From assembly GCA_946631995.1 (NCBI GenBank), contig CAMPAQ010000002.1, positions 98,054-162,053 on the forward strand: a stretch of 64,000 bases of DNA, given 5' to 3'. Each line of letters opens with the position of its first letter. The first letter of the stretch is position 1. The stretch comes from an uncultured Bacteroidales bacterium. GTDB lineage: Bacteria; Bacteroidota; Bacteroidia; Bacteroidales; UBA3663. The translations under genes were made by a program, and so were the position numbers. Positions 18,232 through 27,050 of the stretch are shown piece by piece. The notes under the pieces were generated by a model that was given only the letters and a program-made list of their open reading frames with translations, did no database searches and was not told the DNA's origin.

Positions 18232-19612
18232 GGTTCATTTCGTCAAGACGCTCGTCGGTGAGCGGATACTGGCGGATCAGGAGGGCAACAACGATGAGGA
18301 GCACGGCCGGAATGATGCAGGTGAACCACAGGATGGCGTTCTGCGCCGTGGGCGAATACTTGCTCAGTTCGGTGTAGTAGGCATTGACCGGCGCGCTGAT
18401 GAACGATGCGAGGAAGACCACGACGAACACGCCGAGCACCAGCTGGAGGCACTTGCTGGCCTTGAATTCGCGGAACATGTCGATGAACGACACCGGCTTG
18501 TCGGGCGTGGTCGTGATGTTCTCCTTGCTGCCCATGAAGCAGTAGGCCAACAGCACAAAGCCGACAACGGCGAAAATGCACGTAACGGTGAACCATGCCG
18601 ACGGATCGGTCGGGAGTGCCGACTCCTCGCTCGCAAGGTTGAAGCCGATCAGACCCATCACAAGCGGCGTGATCCAGCCTGCAATGGAGAATCCGGCCTT
18701 GAAGGCGACGCCGGCCAAGGCATTGACCGTGGCGGCCGGACGGTTGCCCGTGCGATATTCCGACTCGGTGATGACCTCAGGCACGAGTGCCCACATGAGC
18801 GAGCCGACGAGCAGGCCGACACCGGTCATAATCTTGGCAATCTGCACAATCAGAGTGCTCTCCTTCACGTCGCCGAACTTGCCGATGCAGAACAGGATTG
18901 CAAAGCCGACGAAACCGATCGAGAGCAGCGTGTAGTAGAGGCCCTTCTTGCCCAACACCTTCTTCAGCACGGGCAGCAATGGCAGGATGATGAAGGCCGG
19001 AATAGTGCCGATGGCCATGAAGATGGCCTGATCCCAGTTGATGGCGGCGTGGACACACATGGCAAGGCCGATGGGGAAGCCAGCCTGGACGACAATCTGG
19101 CCGATGTTGGCGCACACCATTCGCGTAGAGGTCAGGATGAGCACCTCGTCGTTGTCGCGCGTCATGCTCGCCATGATTGAGCCGTAAGGGATGTTGACCA
19201 CCGAATAGATCATGCTCAACAGCGTGTAGCTGACCGTCGCATAGACCATCTTCATCGGCATCGACCATTCAGCCACCTGCGGAAGCATCAGCAGACAGGC
19301 AGCGACGGTGAGCGGGATGCCGCCATAGAGCAGATATGTACGATATTTGCCCAGTTTGGGGTTGCGGTTGTCGATGTACTTGCCCACCACTGGGCTCCAG
19401 AAGCAGTCGATGAGTCGCACGGCGAGAATCAGTCCGCTCACGAATGCCGGATTGATTTTCAACACCGTGGTGAGGTAGAGCATCAGGTAGCAGGCCACCG
19501 TCTGGAAAATCAGATTCTGGGCAAGGTCGCCCGAGCCGAAGCCGATGCGTTGCAGCCACGAGAGCTTGTAGAAGCCCTTGTTTTCGTTTGTGTTTGCCAT
19601 TTTGTTATTCAC
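18206..19612 (-). CDS. GPH-family (glycoside-pentoside-hexuronide:cation) symporter, xylo-oligosaccharide transporter candidate
   Basis: 468 aa and polytopic. The N-terminus reads LSWLQRIGFGSGDLAQNLIFQTV...DCFWSPVVGKYIDNRNPKLGKYRTYLLYGGIP, as is typical of GPH/MFS_2. It overlaps the GH10 start by 26 nt. Confidence 0.85.
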   Translation of the reverse strand: MNNKMANTNENKGFYKLSWLQRIGFGSGDLAQNLIFQTVACYLMLYLTTVLKINPAFVSGLILAVRLIDCFWSPVVGKYIDNRNPKLGKYRTYLLYGGIPLTVAACLLMLPQVAEWSMPMKMVYATVSYTLLSMIYSVVNIPYGSIMASMTRDNDEVLILTSTRMVCANIGQIVVQAGFPIGLAMCVHAAINWDQAIFMAIGTIPAFIILPLLPVLKKVLGKKGLYYTLLSIGFVGFAILFCIGKFGDVKESTLIVQIAKIMTGVGLLVGSLMWALVPEVITESEYRTGNRPAATVNALAGVAFKAGFSIAGWITPLVMGLIGFNLASEESALPTDPSAWFTVTCIFAVVGFVLLAYCFMGSKENITTTPDKPVSFIDMFREFKASKCLQLVLGVFVVVFLASFISAPVNAYYTELSKYSPTAQNAILWFTCIIPAVLLIVVALLIRQYPLTDERLDEMNREIEKRNA

Positions 19613-19682
19613 TAATTTTTGATTTACGATTTGGTTGATTTGTATTCAGAAAAACACCAGTAGAACAATAGCTATTTTTTAT

Positions 19683-19860
19683 AACCACAAAGGCACGAAA
19701 AACACGAAATTTTTTTTCTTGGCCTATGTGTTTCAACCACAGAAGACACGGAAAGAACGGAAGACACGGAAAATTATGTTTCATTTGACCTCCATTTTTT
19801 GGCCGATGTGGGTTGTTTGTTTTAACCACAGAAAAAAACGGAAATAAACGGAAAAATTTG
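19683..19860. repeat. three degenerate tandem modules: AACCACA followed by helically phased ACG(G)AA hexamers
   Basis: AACCACA occurs at 19683, 19735 and 19824. ACGAAA occurs at 19695 and 19704. ACGGAA occurs at 19748, 19757, 19766, 19838 and 19848. The hexamer spacing is 9-10 nt. The modules lie upstream of the transporter operon. Confidence 0.7.
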
Positions 19861-19898
19861 CGTTCGCTACGCGATTTTTGTGCGATGCCGTTTGCCCG

Positions 19899-19992
19899 CC
19901 GTAGAGACGTTTCATGAAACGTCTCTACAATTTCCACACCATGATTTTGCCCTACCGTAGAGACGTCACACTGTGGCGTCTCTACAATTCCC
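19899..19992. repeat. two copies of REP-like hairpin CCGTAGAGACG-loop-CGTCTCTACAATTYCC
   Basis: 19899-19935 reads CCGTAGAGACGTTTCATGAAACGTCTCTACAATTTCC. 19955-19992 reads CCGTAGAGACGTCACACTGTGGCGTCTCTACAATTCC. Confidence 0.85.
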
Positions 19993-20005
19993 GCGCCCAA
20001 TTCCC

Positions 20006-20048
20006 GTATATACTCCCCTCCCTTGTGGAGGGGTCGGGGGAGGGGCCG
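20006..20048. repeat. C/G-rich hairpin element, copy 2
   Basis: The sequence is GTATATACTCCCCTCCCTTGTGGAGGGGTCGGGGGAGGGGCCG. CCCCTCC pairs with GGAGGGG. It directly abuts the GH115 stop codon at 20049-20051. Confidence 0.7.
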
Positions 20049-22556
20049 TTAAAACTCTACAACCACGCGCTCCAGTACCAGACCCGGCTCGATGGGACTG
20101 ATGGTGAGCGTATGGACATCGGCCGAAGCGTTGAACGTGATGGGCACCGTCTTGTCGATGATGCGCGTGGCGACCACGTCGTACATGTGCCACTGGTTGT
20201 CCTCCGTCAGGTCGCTGTTGTAGTTCACCTCGACGGGAGCTTGTCCATCGGCCGAAACCGCGTAGCGATGTCCCTCGCGGCGCAGGAACGGCAATGTCGA
20301 GTTGGTGATGACGTGCACCTTCGCCTCGGTCACGCCCTGCGGCAGAGTGAAACGGTAGGTGAGCGATGCACCGACGGCCGAGATGGTGTATGGCCAATGG
20401 GCCACGCCGCTCAGGGTGCGTCCGTAGTTCGGGATGGTGAGCCACTGTGCACCATCGGCCGCAATGCTGCTCGCGTAGTGCTCGGCCTCGATGACTACGT
20501 GGCCGTCGCCGTGGCGATAGATATGTCCGCCATTGGTGATCGATTCGGGACGCATGGCGGGCTGTTCCTGAGGTGCATCGGCACGGCGGTCGGACGGCCG
20601 CACTTGCGGACGGACATTGCGCGGCAGGTCGTTCCACGAGCGGTAGCCGATGTGCATCTGGCGCATCAGGTGGTTCCACTTGCCACCATTGATGTTGTGG
20701 TAGAAGACGGTGAGCAGCGAGTCGCGCTCGAAATAGCGGTTGACGGCATCTTGGTCGCCACGGGCCTGCGCGTAGTACATCGCATAGACATTGGCCATCG
20801 ACTGGATGGGATAGAGCAGCAGCTGTTCGTAGGCCGACTTGCCCCATGCCGCATTGGGCTGGCGTGAGTTGAGCAGGTCGTAGAGCGTGACGGCATCGTT
20901 GGCCAATGCGCTGTATTCGTCCGACACACGCTGCCACTCGCCCGACGCGAGGTTGTAGGTGCGCGAAGTGAGCATCTCGGGCGTACAGCGGCCGTTGAAC
21001 GTCGTGTAGCGCGTCAGCAGGCGGGCAGCCTCGCGTCCGAAGCCCTCGCCGAGCAGGGCCGAATCGTTGGCAAAGATGTTGTTGCAGAACTGCTCGGTGT
21101 GTTCCTGCACGCTCTTCGGGTCGGCAAATGCGGCGGGATTCCACGCCATGTCGAGGAAGAGCTGGATGGGATATTCCATCGGCTTGAGGTCGCCTACGTT
21201 CAGAATCCAGAGCTTGTCGATGCCGTACTGGCAGCAGAGCTGCATCTGCTCCCACAGGTGGGCGGCCGGAGTGACGTTGGCCCACTTCGTGTTGCGCGGC
21301 GCACCGACGTAATCGACGTGGTAGTACATGCCGTAGCCGCCCTTGTGGGCAGTGGTCGGCACGCGGCGGATGTTGCCCCAGTTGTCGTCGCACAAGAGGA
21401 TGATGACATCCTCCGGCACGGTCAGACCGAGGTCGTAGTAGCGCTGCACCTCCTTGTAGAGGGCCCACAGCTGCACGCGCTTTTCGGGCGCGCGGCCGGT
21501 CTCCTCCTTGATGATCTGGCGCTGGTTGCGGAAGATTTTTTCGTATAGCTTGATGTAGTATTGGTCGTTGCGCTCGAACTCGTCGTCGTGGCCCTCCTTG
21601 CCGCCCATAGCAGCGTCGCCGTCGCCACGCATACCGATGGTGATGATGTCCTCATTGCCCTTGGCGCGGCGTATGCCCTCGCGGAAGAAGTCATCGATCA
21701 CCTTCTGGTTGGTCACGTAGTCCCACGGGCCGTTCTCGCGGCGGTGGCGTGCCCATTCCTGGTGGTTGCGAGCCATCGGTTCGTGGTGCGATGTGCCCAT
21801 GATGATGCCCATCTCGTCGGCCAATGCGGAGTTCTGGCTGTCGTCGGCATAGAAGGCATTGCCCCACATGGCCGGCCACATGTAGTTGGCCTTCAGACGC
21901 TGGAGCAGCTCGAAGACGCGCTCGTAGAAGTGGCTGTTGAAGCCGTGGGCCAGTTGGGGGTTGGCCGATGGACATTCGCTGTCGGGGAACTTCTCCCTCA
22001 CCCAGTTGGAGAGGCACGGAGCCTCGTCATTGAGGAAGATGCCACGATAGCGGACGACGGGTTCGCCGTCGGTATATTGACCTGCAATGAGGTAGATGGA
22101 GTCATGTTTGACGACCGGCATGTCGGCCCACCACGACCAGGCATTGACGCCCAGCTGGCGGCTCAGTTCGTAGATGCCGTAGATGGTGCCGCGCTTGTCG
22201 CTTCCGGCGATGATGATGGAGCCGTCGCCGTCCACGCGGATGATGTATTTTTCAGTTTTTCCCTTCAATTCCTTGCCATCGATGGTCTTGCTCTTGACCA
22301 GCTGCTGGATGGACTTGCTCCTGTCCAACGAGCCGACGGTGACCTTCAGTTCGCGACCGCAGGCAGCCTGCATATCGGCGACGAGGTTGTTGACGGCACG
22401 CTTCACGCCGGGATATTCGTCGGCATCGACCTGCACTTTGCCTTCCGGTGCAATGATATTCCCGCCCTGGGACTTGAATGAGACAAATGTATCGGCGGCA
22501 TGAAGGCTGGCGATACAGTTAAGTGCTATAATGACAAATGTGAGCAAACGTGACAT
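20049..22556 (-). CDS. GH115 xylan alpha-1,2-glucuronidase
   Basis: 835 aa with a signal peptide. GSDKRGTIYGIYELSRQLGVNAWSWWADMPV, VRYRGIFLNDEAPCLSNWV and MWPAMWGNAFY..GTSHHEPM are GH115-type motifs. Confidence 0.85.
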   Translation of the reverse strand: MSRLLTFVIIALNCIASLHAADTFVSFKSQGGNIIAPEGKVQVDADEYPGVKRAVNNLVADMQAACGRELKVTVGSLDRSKSIQQLVKSKTIDGKELKGKTEKYIIRVDGDGSIIIAGSDKRGTIYGIYELSRQLGVNAWSWWADMPVVKHDSIYLIAGQYTDGEPVVRYRGIFLNDEAPCLSNWVREKFPDSECPSANPQLAHGFNSHFYERVFELLQRLKANYMWPAMWGNAFYADDSQNSALADEMGIIMGTSHHEPMARNHQEWARHRRENGPWDYVTNQKVIDDFFREGIRRAKGNEDIITIGMRGDGDAAMGGKEGHDDEFERNDQYYIKLYEKIFRNQRQIIKEETGRAPEKRVQLWALYKEVQRYYDLGLTVPEDVIILLCDDNWGNIRRVPTTAHKGGYGMYYHVDYVGAPRNTKWANVTPAAHLWEQMQLCCQYGIDKLWILNVGDLKPMEYPIQLFLDMAWNPAAFADPKSVQEHTEQFCNNIFANDSALLGEGFGREAARLLTRYTTFNGRCTPEMLTSRTYNLASGEWQRVSDEYSALANDAVTLYDLLNSRQPNAAWGKSAYEQLLLYPIQSMANVYAMYYAQARGDQDAVNRYFERDSLLTVFYHNINGGKWNHLMRQMHIGYRSWNDLPRNVRPQVRPSDRRADAPQEQPAMRPESITNGGHIYRHGDGHVVIEAEHYASSIAADGAQWLTIPNYGRTLSGVAHWPYTISAVGASLTYRFTLPQGVTEAKVHVITNSTLPFLRREGHRYAVSADGQAPVEVNYNSDLTEDNQWHMYDVVATRIIDKTVPITFNASADVHTLTISPIEPGLVLERVVVEF

Positions 22557-22602
22557 AGATGTTCAACTTGAGCTTACAAAAGCAGAGTAAGAGAGTTTTT
22601 AT

Positions 22603-22644
22603 CGAAAAAAGAAAAAGACCCGACCAGCCTGCGCTGGCCAGGTC
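22603..22644 (-). terminator. strong intrinsic terminator after the 1297-aa gene
   Basis: The minus-strand RNA reads GACCUGGCCAGC-GCAG-GCUGGUCGGGUC, a 12-bp stem followed by UUUUUCUUUUUUCG. Confidence 0.75.
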
Positions 22645-22669
22645 CTTATTTTAGAGTGATGTCAATTGA

Positions 22670-25600
22670 TTACTTGACGATAACCTTCTTGACAACGGTG
22701 TAGCCGTCTGAGTAGCGCTCAACCTTGATGTTGACACCCTGAGCTGCGCCCTTCTGGCCAGCGAGGTTGAAGAACTCGACTGCAACTGGAGCATCGGTGC
22801 GCTCCACAGCCTTCAGGCTTGACGGGATGCTGGCGAGCAGAGCATCGGCAGCGGCACGGTAGTCGAAGCCTTCAATCTTGCCAGTCATGAAGAGACGTGT
22901 GTCATCGACCTGAGCGGCATCGCTTGTGCAGTTCATGTTGGCGCCGATGGTCATTGCAACGGTGTTCTCGCCTGCGGCCACAGTGCCCTGAATGTTAGGC
23001 AAGTAGGTGTCGGAAGCGTTACGCCAAACCTGACCTGAACCATAGTTGGCCTCTACAGAAGTAACGGCCTCACCGATCTTGGCATAAACCTCAGATGTTG
23101 ACCATGGGAGCGACTCGTCCTTCTTGGTGTAGGTCTTGCTTACATCAGCGACGTTAGAGCAGTCGGCAGTCTTCATGAACATGGTGTAAACGCCAGCTGG
23201 CAGGTTATTGAGAGCCTGGTCAACCTTGAATGCGTTGCTGCCGGTGTTGCGCAGAGATGCGTTGACTGCCGGATTGCCGGCATTGATTGCGAGAGGATTC
23301 TCCCACCACCATACATTGCTGACTGTGCCTTCGGTGATGTTCCAGCCTGGGAATGCAGCGTTGGCAGCAGATGCCTCGTAGTTCTTCTGAGGATTGACAG
23401 TGTAGAACATGTTGTTGGCGATGTAGCCGGTGATGTCGATGCTGTCTGGGAACGATGTCTGAGCCTCTTCGTCAAAGTAGCTGAAGTTGTAGCCGTTGGC
23501 GATGCTGTCGTAGATGCATGCGGTGAGAATCTTCTGGAGCTGGCCGGCGACTTTCTGATTGTCGGTAAGTGCCTGTTCGCCCTCGCTGATCCATGCAAGT
23601 GAGAATTCGTCGCTAAGCTCTTCGCCATAAACGCTGATTGCAGCGAGGAGGTTCTGAATCTGCTTGGTGATCAGGTTGTTGACAGCGTCAATGACGTTCT
23701 TGACAGCCGATACGCCAGCGGTAATCTTAGCCTGAACTGAGAGGAGTTCCTCGTCCTCGAGGGTAGAAGGATTGACCTCGGCATACTTGGCTACGAGTTC
23801 CTTGTACTCTGGGATAATCTCGAGCTTATCATACTTGGCATCAATGTCGGCCAATGCAGCGGCCAGTTTCTCGATGTCGGTCTTGAACTTGGCGATAGCA
23901 TCACGACGGGCAGCCATGGCCTTGACGGCAGCGAGACACTCGTCGATACCAGCCTGATAATCGGCTGGAGAGTGGTAGCCGGCTGCGTTTGGGTCGGTGT
24001 TCTTGGCAATGACAGCGTCAAGGTTGTCACGTGTTTTGCCTGCGTACTCTTCGGCATTTGCATTCTCACGCTCGGCCTTGGCAATTTCCAGACCGTCGTT
24101 GTTGAGCTTGTTCTTCCAGAATACGGCAAGTGAACCCATCTTCTCGATGCGGATCTTGCCAATGATAGACTCACCGGTCATCCACCACTTCATGATGTAC
24201 TTGCCACCCTGTGGAATATAGTTGAACTGAATCTGGACAGCCTCTGCATTCTGGGTGCCACCTTCAACATCTGCAGTGACCTCAACTGGCGTCATCTCAT
24301 ACTCAACTTCTTTGGTCTCGGCATTGATGAGCTGGAAGTAGTAGGTCTGCTTGGCACCCTTCCAGTTGACGGCATACCACGAGAATGAATACTTGGCGTT
24401 CTCCAGGATGAGCTCTGGCTCTGGCTCCTCCTGACCTTCAGGAGCCGGTTCGCCATAGGTCATGTAATAAGTTGTAGGATCACCGCCGAGACAACGGTTG
24501 TAGAAACCGATTGAGAGGTTAGAGCATGTGCCGGAACTCATCATACGGTTGCGGCCGCTCTGAGACTGACCCTTTGCAGCGAGGTTGTTGTTGTCATATA
24601 CAGACCAACCTGTACCTGCAGCTGGAACGAAGCCGTTAGTTACGCTGGCGAATGACTCTTCGACAACTATGACTGGATCTGGAACCAAACCTTTCGTTAC
24701 GTATGTCTTGACATCGATGCCGAAGAAGATTGTGCCATCCCAACCTGCGGAATTCTCAAGGATGAGGATATAGTTGCCAGCTACCATATTAGGAATCTTG
24801 ACAGCGGCACCTGTGATAGAGGTTACAGTCTCGCCGAAGTTACCGGCGTTACCTTCTGACGCGATGTCGCCAGAAGCTACGACCTCTTCAGGAGCGTCCT
24901 TCTTGACGAGCTTGTATGAATAGGTGCCGCCTTTGCCCTGCCACTTGGTGCTGAAGAAGGTAATCTGAACATTACCTGCAGGCAATGTGAATGGAACCTC
25001 TTCCTTCTCGCCCAGGGTCAGCTTGGCAGCTACAGAACCATCACGCTGGCAGAAGTAGAAGCCTACACCCTTTCCGTCGGTAGTAAAGTTGCCCACACGG
25101 TTGGCATTGGATGAGTTCTCTTCACCGTTGAAGTAAGAAATCCAGCCGTTGGTCGGCTGAGCGGTGTTGTACTCACCCTCCATCCAGACGCTTGAATAGT
25201 CTGTATATATGACAGTACCAACAGTAATGACACCTACCTCAAACGTAACAGTGAATGGAGTGGTGGTTGACACGTGGTTGGTGTTCGACACGTTGTCCAC
25301 CGATATGGTGTACATACCATCGGCCAAAGGTTCAGAACCGGTACGCTCGAAGACGATGGTGTTGTCGGCATTTTCATTGGCAACAACAGCCAGATTTTCG
25401 CCTGTGCCCAATCCAGGACCAGTCAGGACAGCTGTAGGAGCACCATTCTCGTCATCGTTGGTCCAAACGCCCTTGTCGAAGGTGAACGAGAATTGTTTGA
25501 TGTCATTGGGCCACTCGAACGATTCGTCAGATGGATTGGCTTTGACCAAAGTGGCCTCCTCCCAAGCTACAGAAGTTGCGACGAGATCGGCATCGAAGTA

Positions 25601-26563
25601 GCCCTGCTCGTCGGTGAAGCTATAGACAGCGCAGTTCGGGTTGTCGAAGCACTCAGGAGCTACGTTGGTCGAATACTTCAGGTCGCCCGGGTTGGTGAAG
25701 CTGACGCTGACCTCCGAGCTCTCGTCGATGTAAGAATTCTCGTCGAGGAAGATGTAGAACTGGCCGTCGGACTTGATTTCAACCGACTCGATGCCGGCAG
25801 GTTCGCCACCGATCTTTACGCTCACGCACGATGGGTCGAGCACAAGTGTGCCGCCTGCTGCAGCAGCAAGCTCGGAACCGTTGGTTGCATAGCCGAAATC
25901 GACGCGGATGGCGGTACCGTTGCAGTAAACGCCCTGAACAGCCGACTCCTCAATCTTTACGTTATCGACAGAGTAGTTGCCAACGCCGGTGAAGGCCAGA
26001 CGCAGGAAGTCCTGATTCCAGAATTCGTCCTGCTCGAAGTCGGCCTTCTTGGCCTTCATGACGTCGCGCGATGGCGACCACACTACGTAAGAGTAGCGGA
26101 CGAACTCGTCGTTGTTGGCGGCAGAGAAGGTCTTGGTCTGGTCAGTAAGGGTGTTGCCGTTGCCGGCCTGCAGTGCCAGATCGTGATTGAAGCAGCCCTT
26201 CAAGAGAGCTACGTTGAAGGCGCCCTCGCCCTTCACCCAGAGGGAGATGCGGTAGGACTTGTTTTCAGCTACGCCGGTGTTGGTGAATGCGACTACGCGC
26301 TCCCACGTGTTGCCGGTCACGTCGGTCGAAACCCAAAGTGAATTGCTTGCGTCAATACCCGTGCCGGCCGATGGCAGGATGCACTGGCAATTCTGGAAAT
26401 TTTCATACTTGACCTCTCCGGTTTCGGCGTTGACAGAATACCAGTTCTCGGTCACAACGGAGCCTGGCAGAATGTCACCTGTCTCGAAGCCGTAGTTCAG
26501 CAATTGTGCGTTGGCGGACATTGCCGTTCCAACAGCAGCCAATGAAAGTAGAACTTTTTTCAT
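22670..26563 (-). CDS. 1297-aa cell-surface protein, putative glycan-binding, with T9SS-type C-terminal domain
   Basis: Signal peptide MKKVLLSLAAVGTAMSANAQ. The N-terminal NYGFETGD.. start is CBM4/9-like. There is a repeated W(K/Q)G..TY.. beta-module and a ~200-aa Ala/Lys/Glu-rich helical region. The tail reads FFNLAGQKGAAQGVNIKVERYSDGYTVVKKVIVK. It has its own promoter and terminator. Confidence 0.8.
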   Translation of the reverse strand: MKKVLLSLAAVGTAMSANAQLLNYGFETGDILPGSVVTENWYSVNAETGEVKYENFQNCQCILPSAGTGIDASNSLWVSTDVTGNTWERVVAFTNTGVAENKSYRISLWVKGEGAFNVALLKGCFNHDLALQAGNGNTLTDQTKTFSAANNDEFVRYSYVVWSPSRDVMKAKKADFEQDEFWNQDFLRLAFTGVGNYSVDNVKIEESAVQGVYCNGTAIRVDFGYATNGSELAAAAGGTLVLDPSCVSVKIGGEPAGIESVEIKSDGQFYIFLDENSYIDESSEVSVSFTNPGDLKYSTNVAPECFDNPNCAVYSFTDEQGYFDADLVATSVAWEEATLVKANPSDESFEWPNDIKQFSFTFDKGVWTNDDENGAPTAVLTGPGLGTGENLAVVANENADNTIVFERTGSEPLADGMYTISVDNVSNTNHVSTTTPFTVTFEVGVITVGTVIYTDYSSVWMEGEYNTAQPTNGWISYFNGEENSSNANRVGNFTTDGKGVGFYFCQRDGSVAAKLTLGEKEEVPFTLPAGNVQITFFSTKWQGKGGTYSYKLVKKDAPEEVVASGDIASEGNAGNFGETVTSITGAAVKIPNMVAGNYILILENSAGWDGTIFFGIDVKTYVTKGLVPDPVIVVEESFASVTNGFVPAAGTGWSVYDNNNLAAKGQSQSGRNRMMSSGTCSNLSIGFYNRCLGGDPTTYYMTYGEPAPEGQEEPEPELILENAKYSFSWYAVNWKGAKQTYYFQLINAETKEVEYEMTPVEVTADVEGGTQNAEAVQIQFNYIPQGGKYIMKWWMTGESIIGKIRIEKMGSLAVFWKNKLNNDGLEIAKAERENANAEEYAGKTRDNLDAVIAKNTDPNAAGYHSPADYQAGIDECLAAVKAMAARRDAIAKFKTDIEKLAAALADIDAKYDKLEIIPEYKELVAKYAEVNPSTLEDEELLSVQAKITAGVSAVKNVIDAVNNLITKQIQNLLAAISVYGEELSDEFSLAWISEGEQALTDNQKVAGQLQKILTACIYDSIANGYNFSYFDEEAQTSFPDSIDITGYIANNMFYTVNPQKNYEASAANAAFPGWNITEGTVSNVWWWENPLAINAGNPAVNASLRNTGSNAFKVDQALNNLPAGVYTMFMKTADCSNVADVSKTYTKKDESLPWSTSEVYAKIGEAVTSVEANYGSGQVWRNASDTYLPNIQGTVAAGENTVAMTIGANMNCTSDAAQVDDTRLFMTGKIEGFDYRAAADALLASIPSSLKAVERTDAPVAVEFFNLAGQKGAAQGVNIKVERYSDGYTVVKKVIVK

Positions 26564-26666
26564 GACTTTTTGATTTTAGTGATTAGATTTATGTTGGTTA
26601 TAAGAAGGTTTGTAAAAATAAGGTTGTAAAAACGGAAAGAGCTCTGGAAGGTCGGTTTGAACGGCG

Positions 26667-26674
26667 CAAATATA
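26667..26674 (-). promoter_or_regulatory. -7 box TATATTTG upstream of the 1297-aa gene
   Basis: The minus strand reads TATATTTGCGCCGTTC, about 100 nt upstream of the ATG at 26563 and downstream of the SusD terminator. Confidence 0.45.
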
Positions 26675-26920
26675 GATTCAAATATTGCAACAGAATTACG
26701 ATTTTGTAACAAGTTCTTTCGTTTTTCGATACAAATCAATTTTTCGGAAGCAAGCCCCGCCCCCACCGCCCAAAAATGGCTGAAATGTGAGGTTCAGAGC
26801 CGCCGCGCCACGATTGCCGCACCCTAAATTTGCAACATTTCGGCATGTTTCATGTGTTACGAAAACGTAATTCGGCCAAAGTCGGGGCGGAACGGTGATT
26901 TGGACAATACCGGCGGGATT

Positions 26921-26951
26921 CCGTAGAGACGCCACAATGTGACGTCTCTAC
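26921..26951. repeat. REP-like GTAGAGACG hairpin, copy 3 (inverted relative to copy 2)
   Basis: The sequence is CCGTAGAGACGCCACAATGTGACGTCTCTAC. The loop is the reverse complement of the 19955 copy with 1 mismatch. Confidence 0.85.
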
Positions 26952-26985
26952 CCAACGACGACGAAACGCTGCACCCACTACGCGG

Positions 26986-27023
26986 AAAAACGAAAAAAAG
27001 AGACGCGCCGATGGCACGTCTCT
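26986..27023 (-). terminator. intrinsic terminator after SusD (built from GTAGAGACG-family hairpin, copy 4)
   Basis: The minus-strand RNA reads AGAGACGUGCC-AUC-GGCGCGUCUCU, an 11-bp stem with one U-G pair, followed by UUUUUUUCGUUUUU. It lies 28 nt past the SusD stop. Confidence 0.75.
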
Positions 27024-27050
27024 ACGGAATATGTTGATAGTTGTCGTCAA

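Noticed and set aside
19605-20000. 131-aa minus-strand ORF and 70-aa plus-strand ORF in the 19.6-20.0 kb gap.
   Set aside because: They are composed of the tandem AACCACA/ACGGAA repeats and the REP-like hairpins, with no coding signature.
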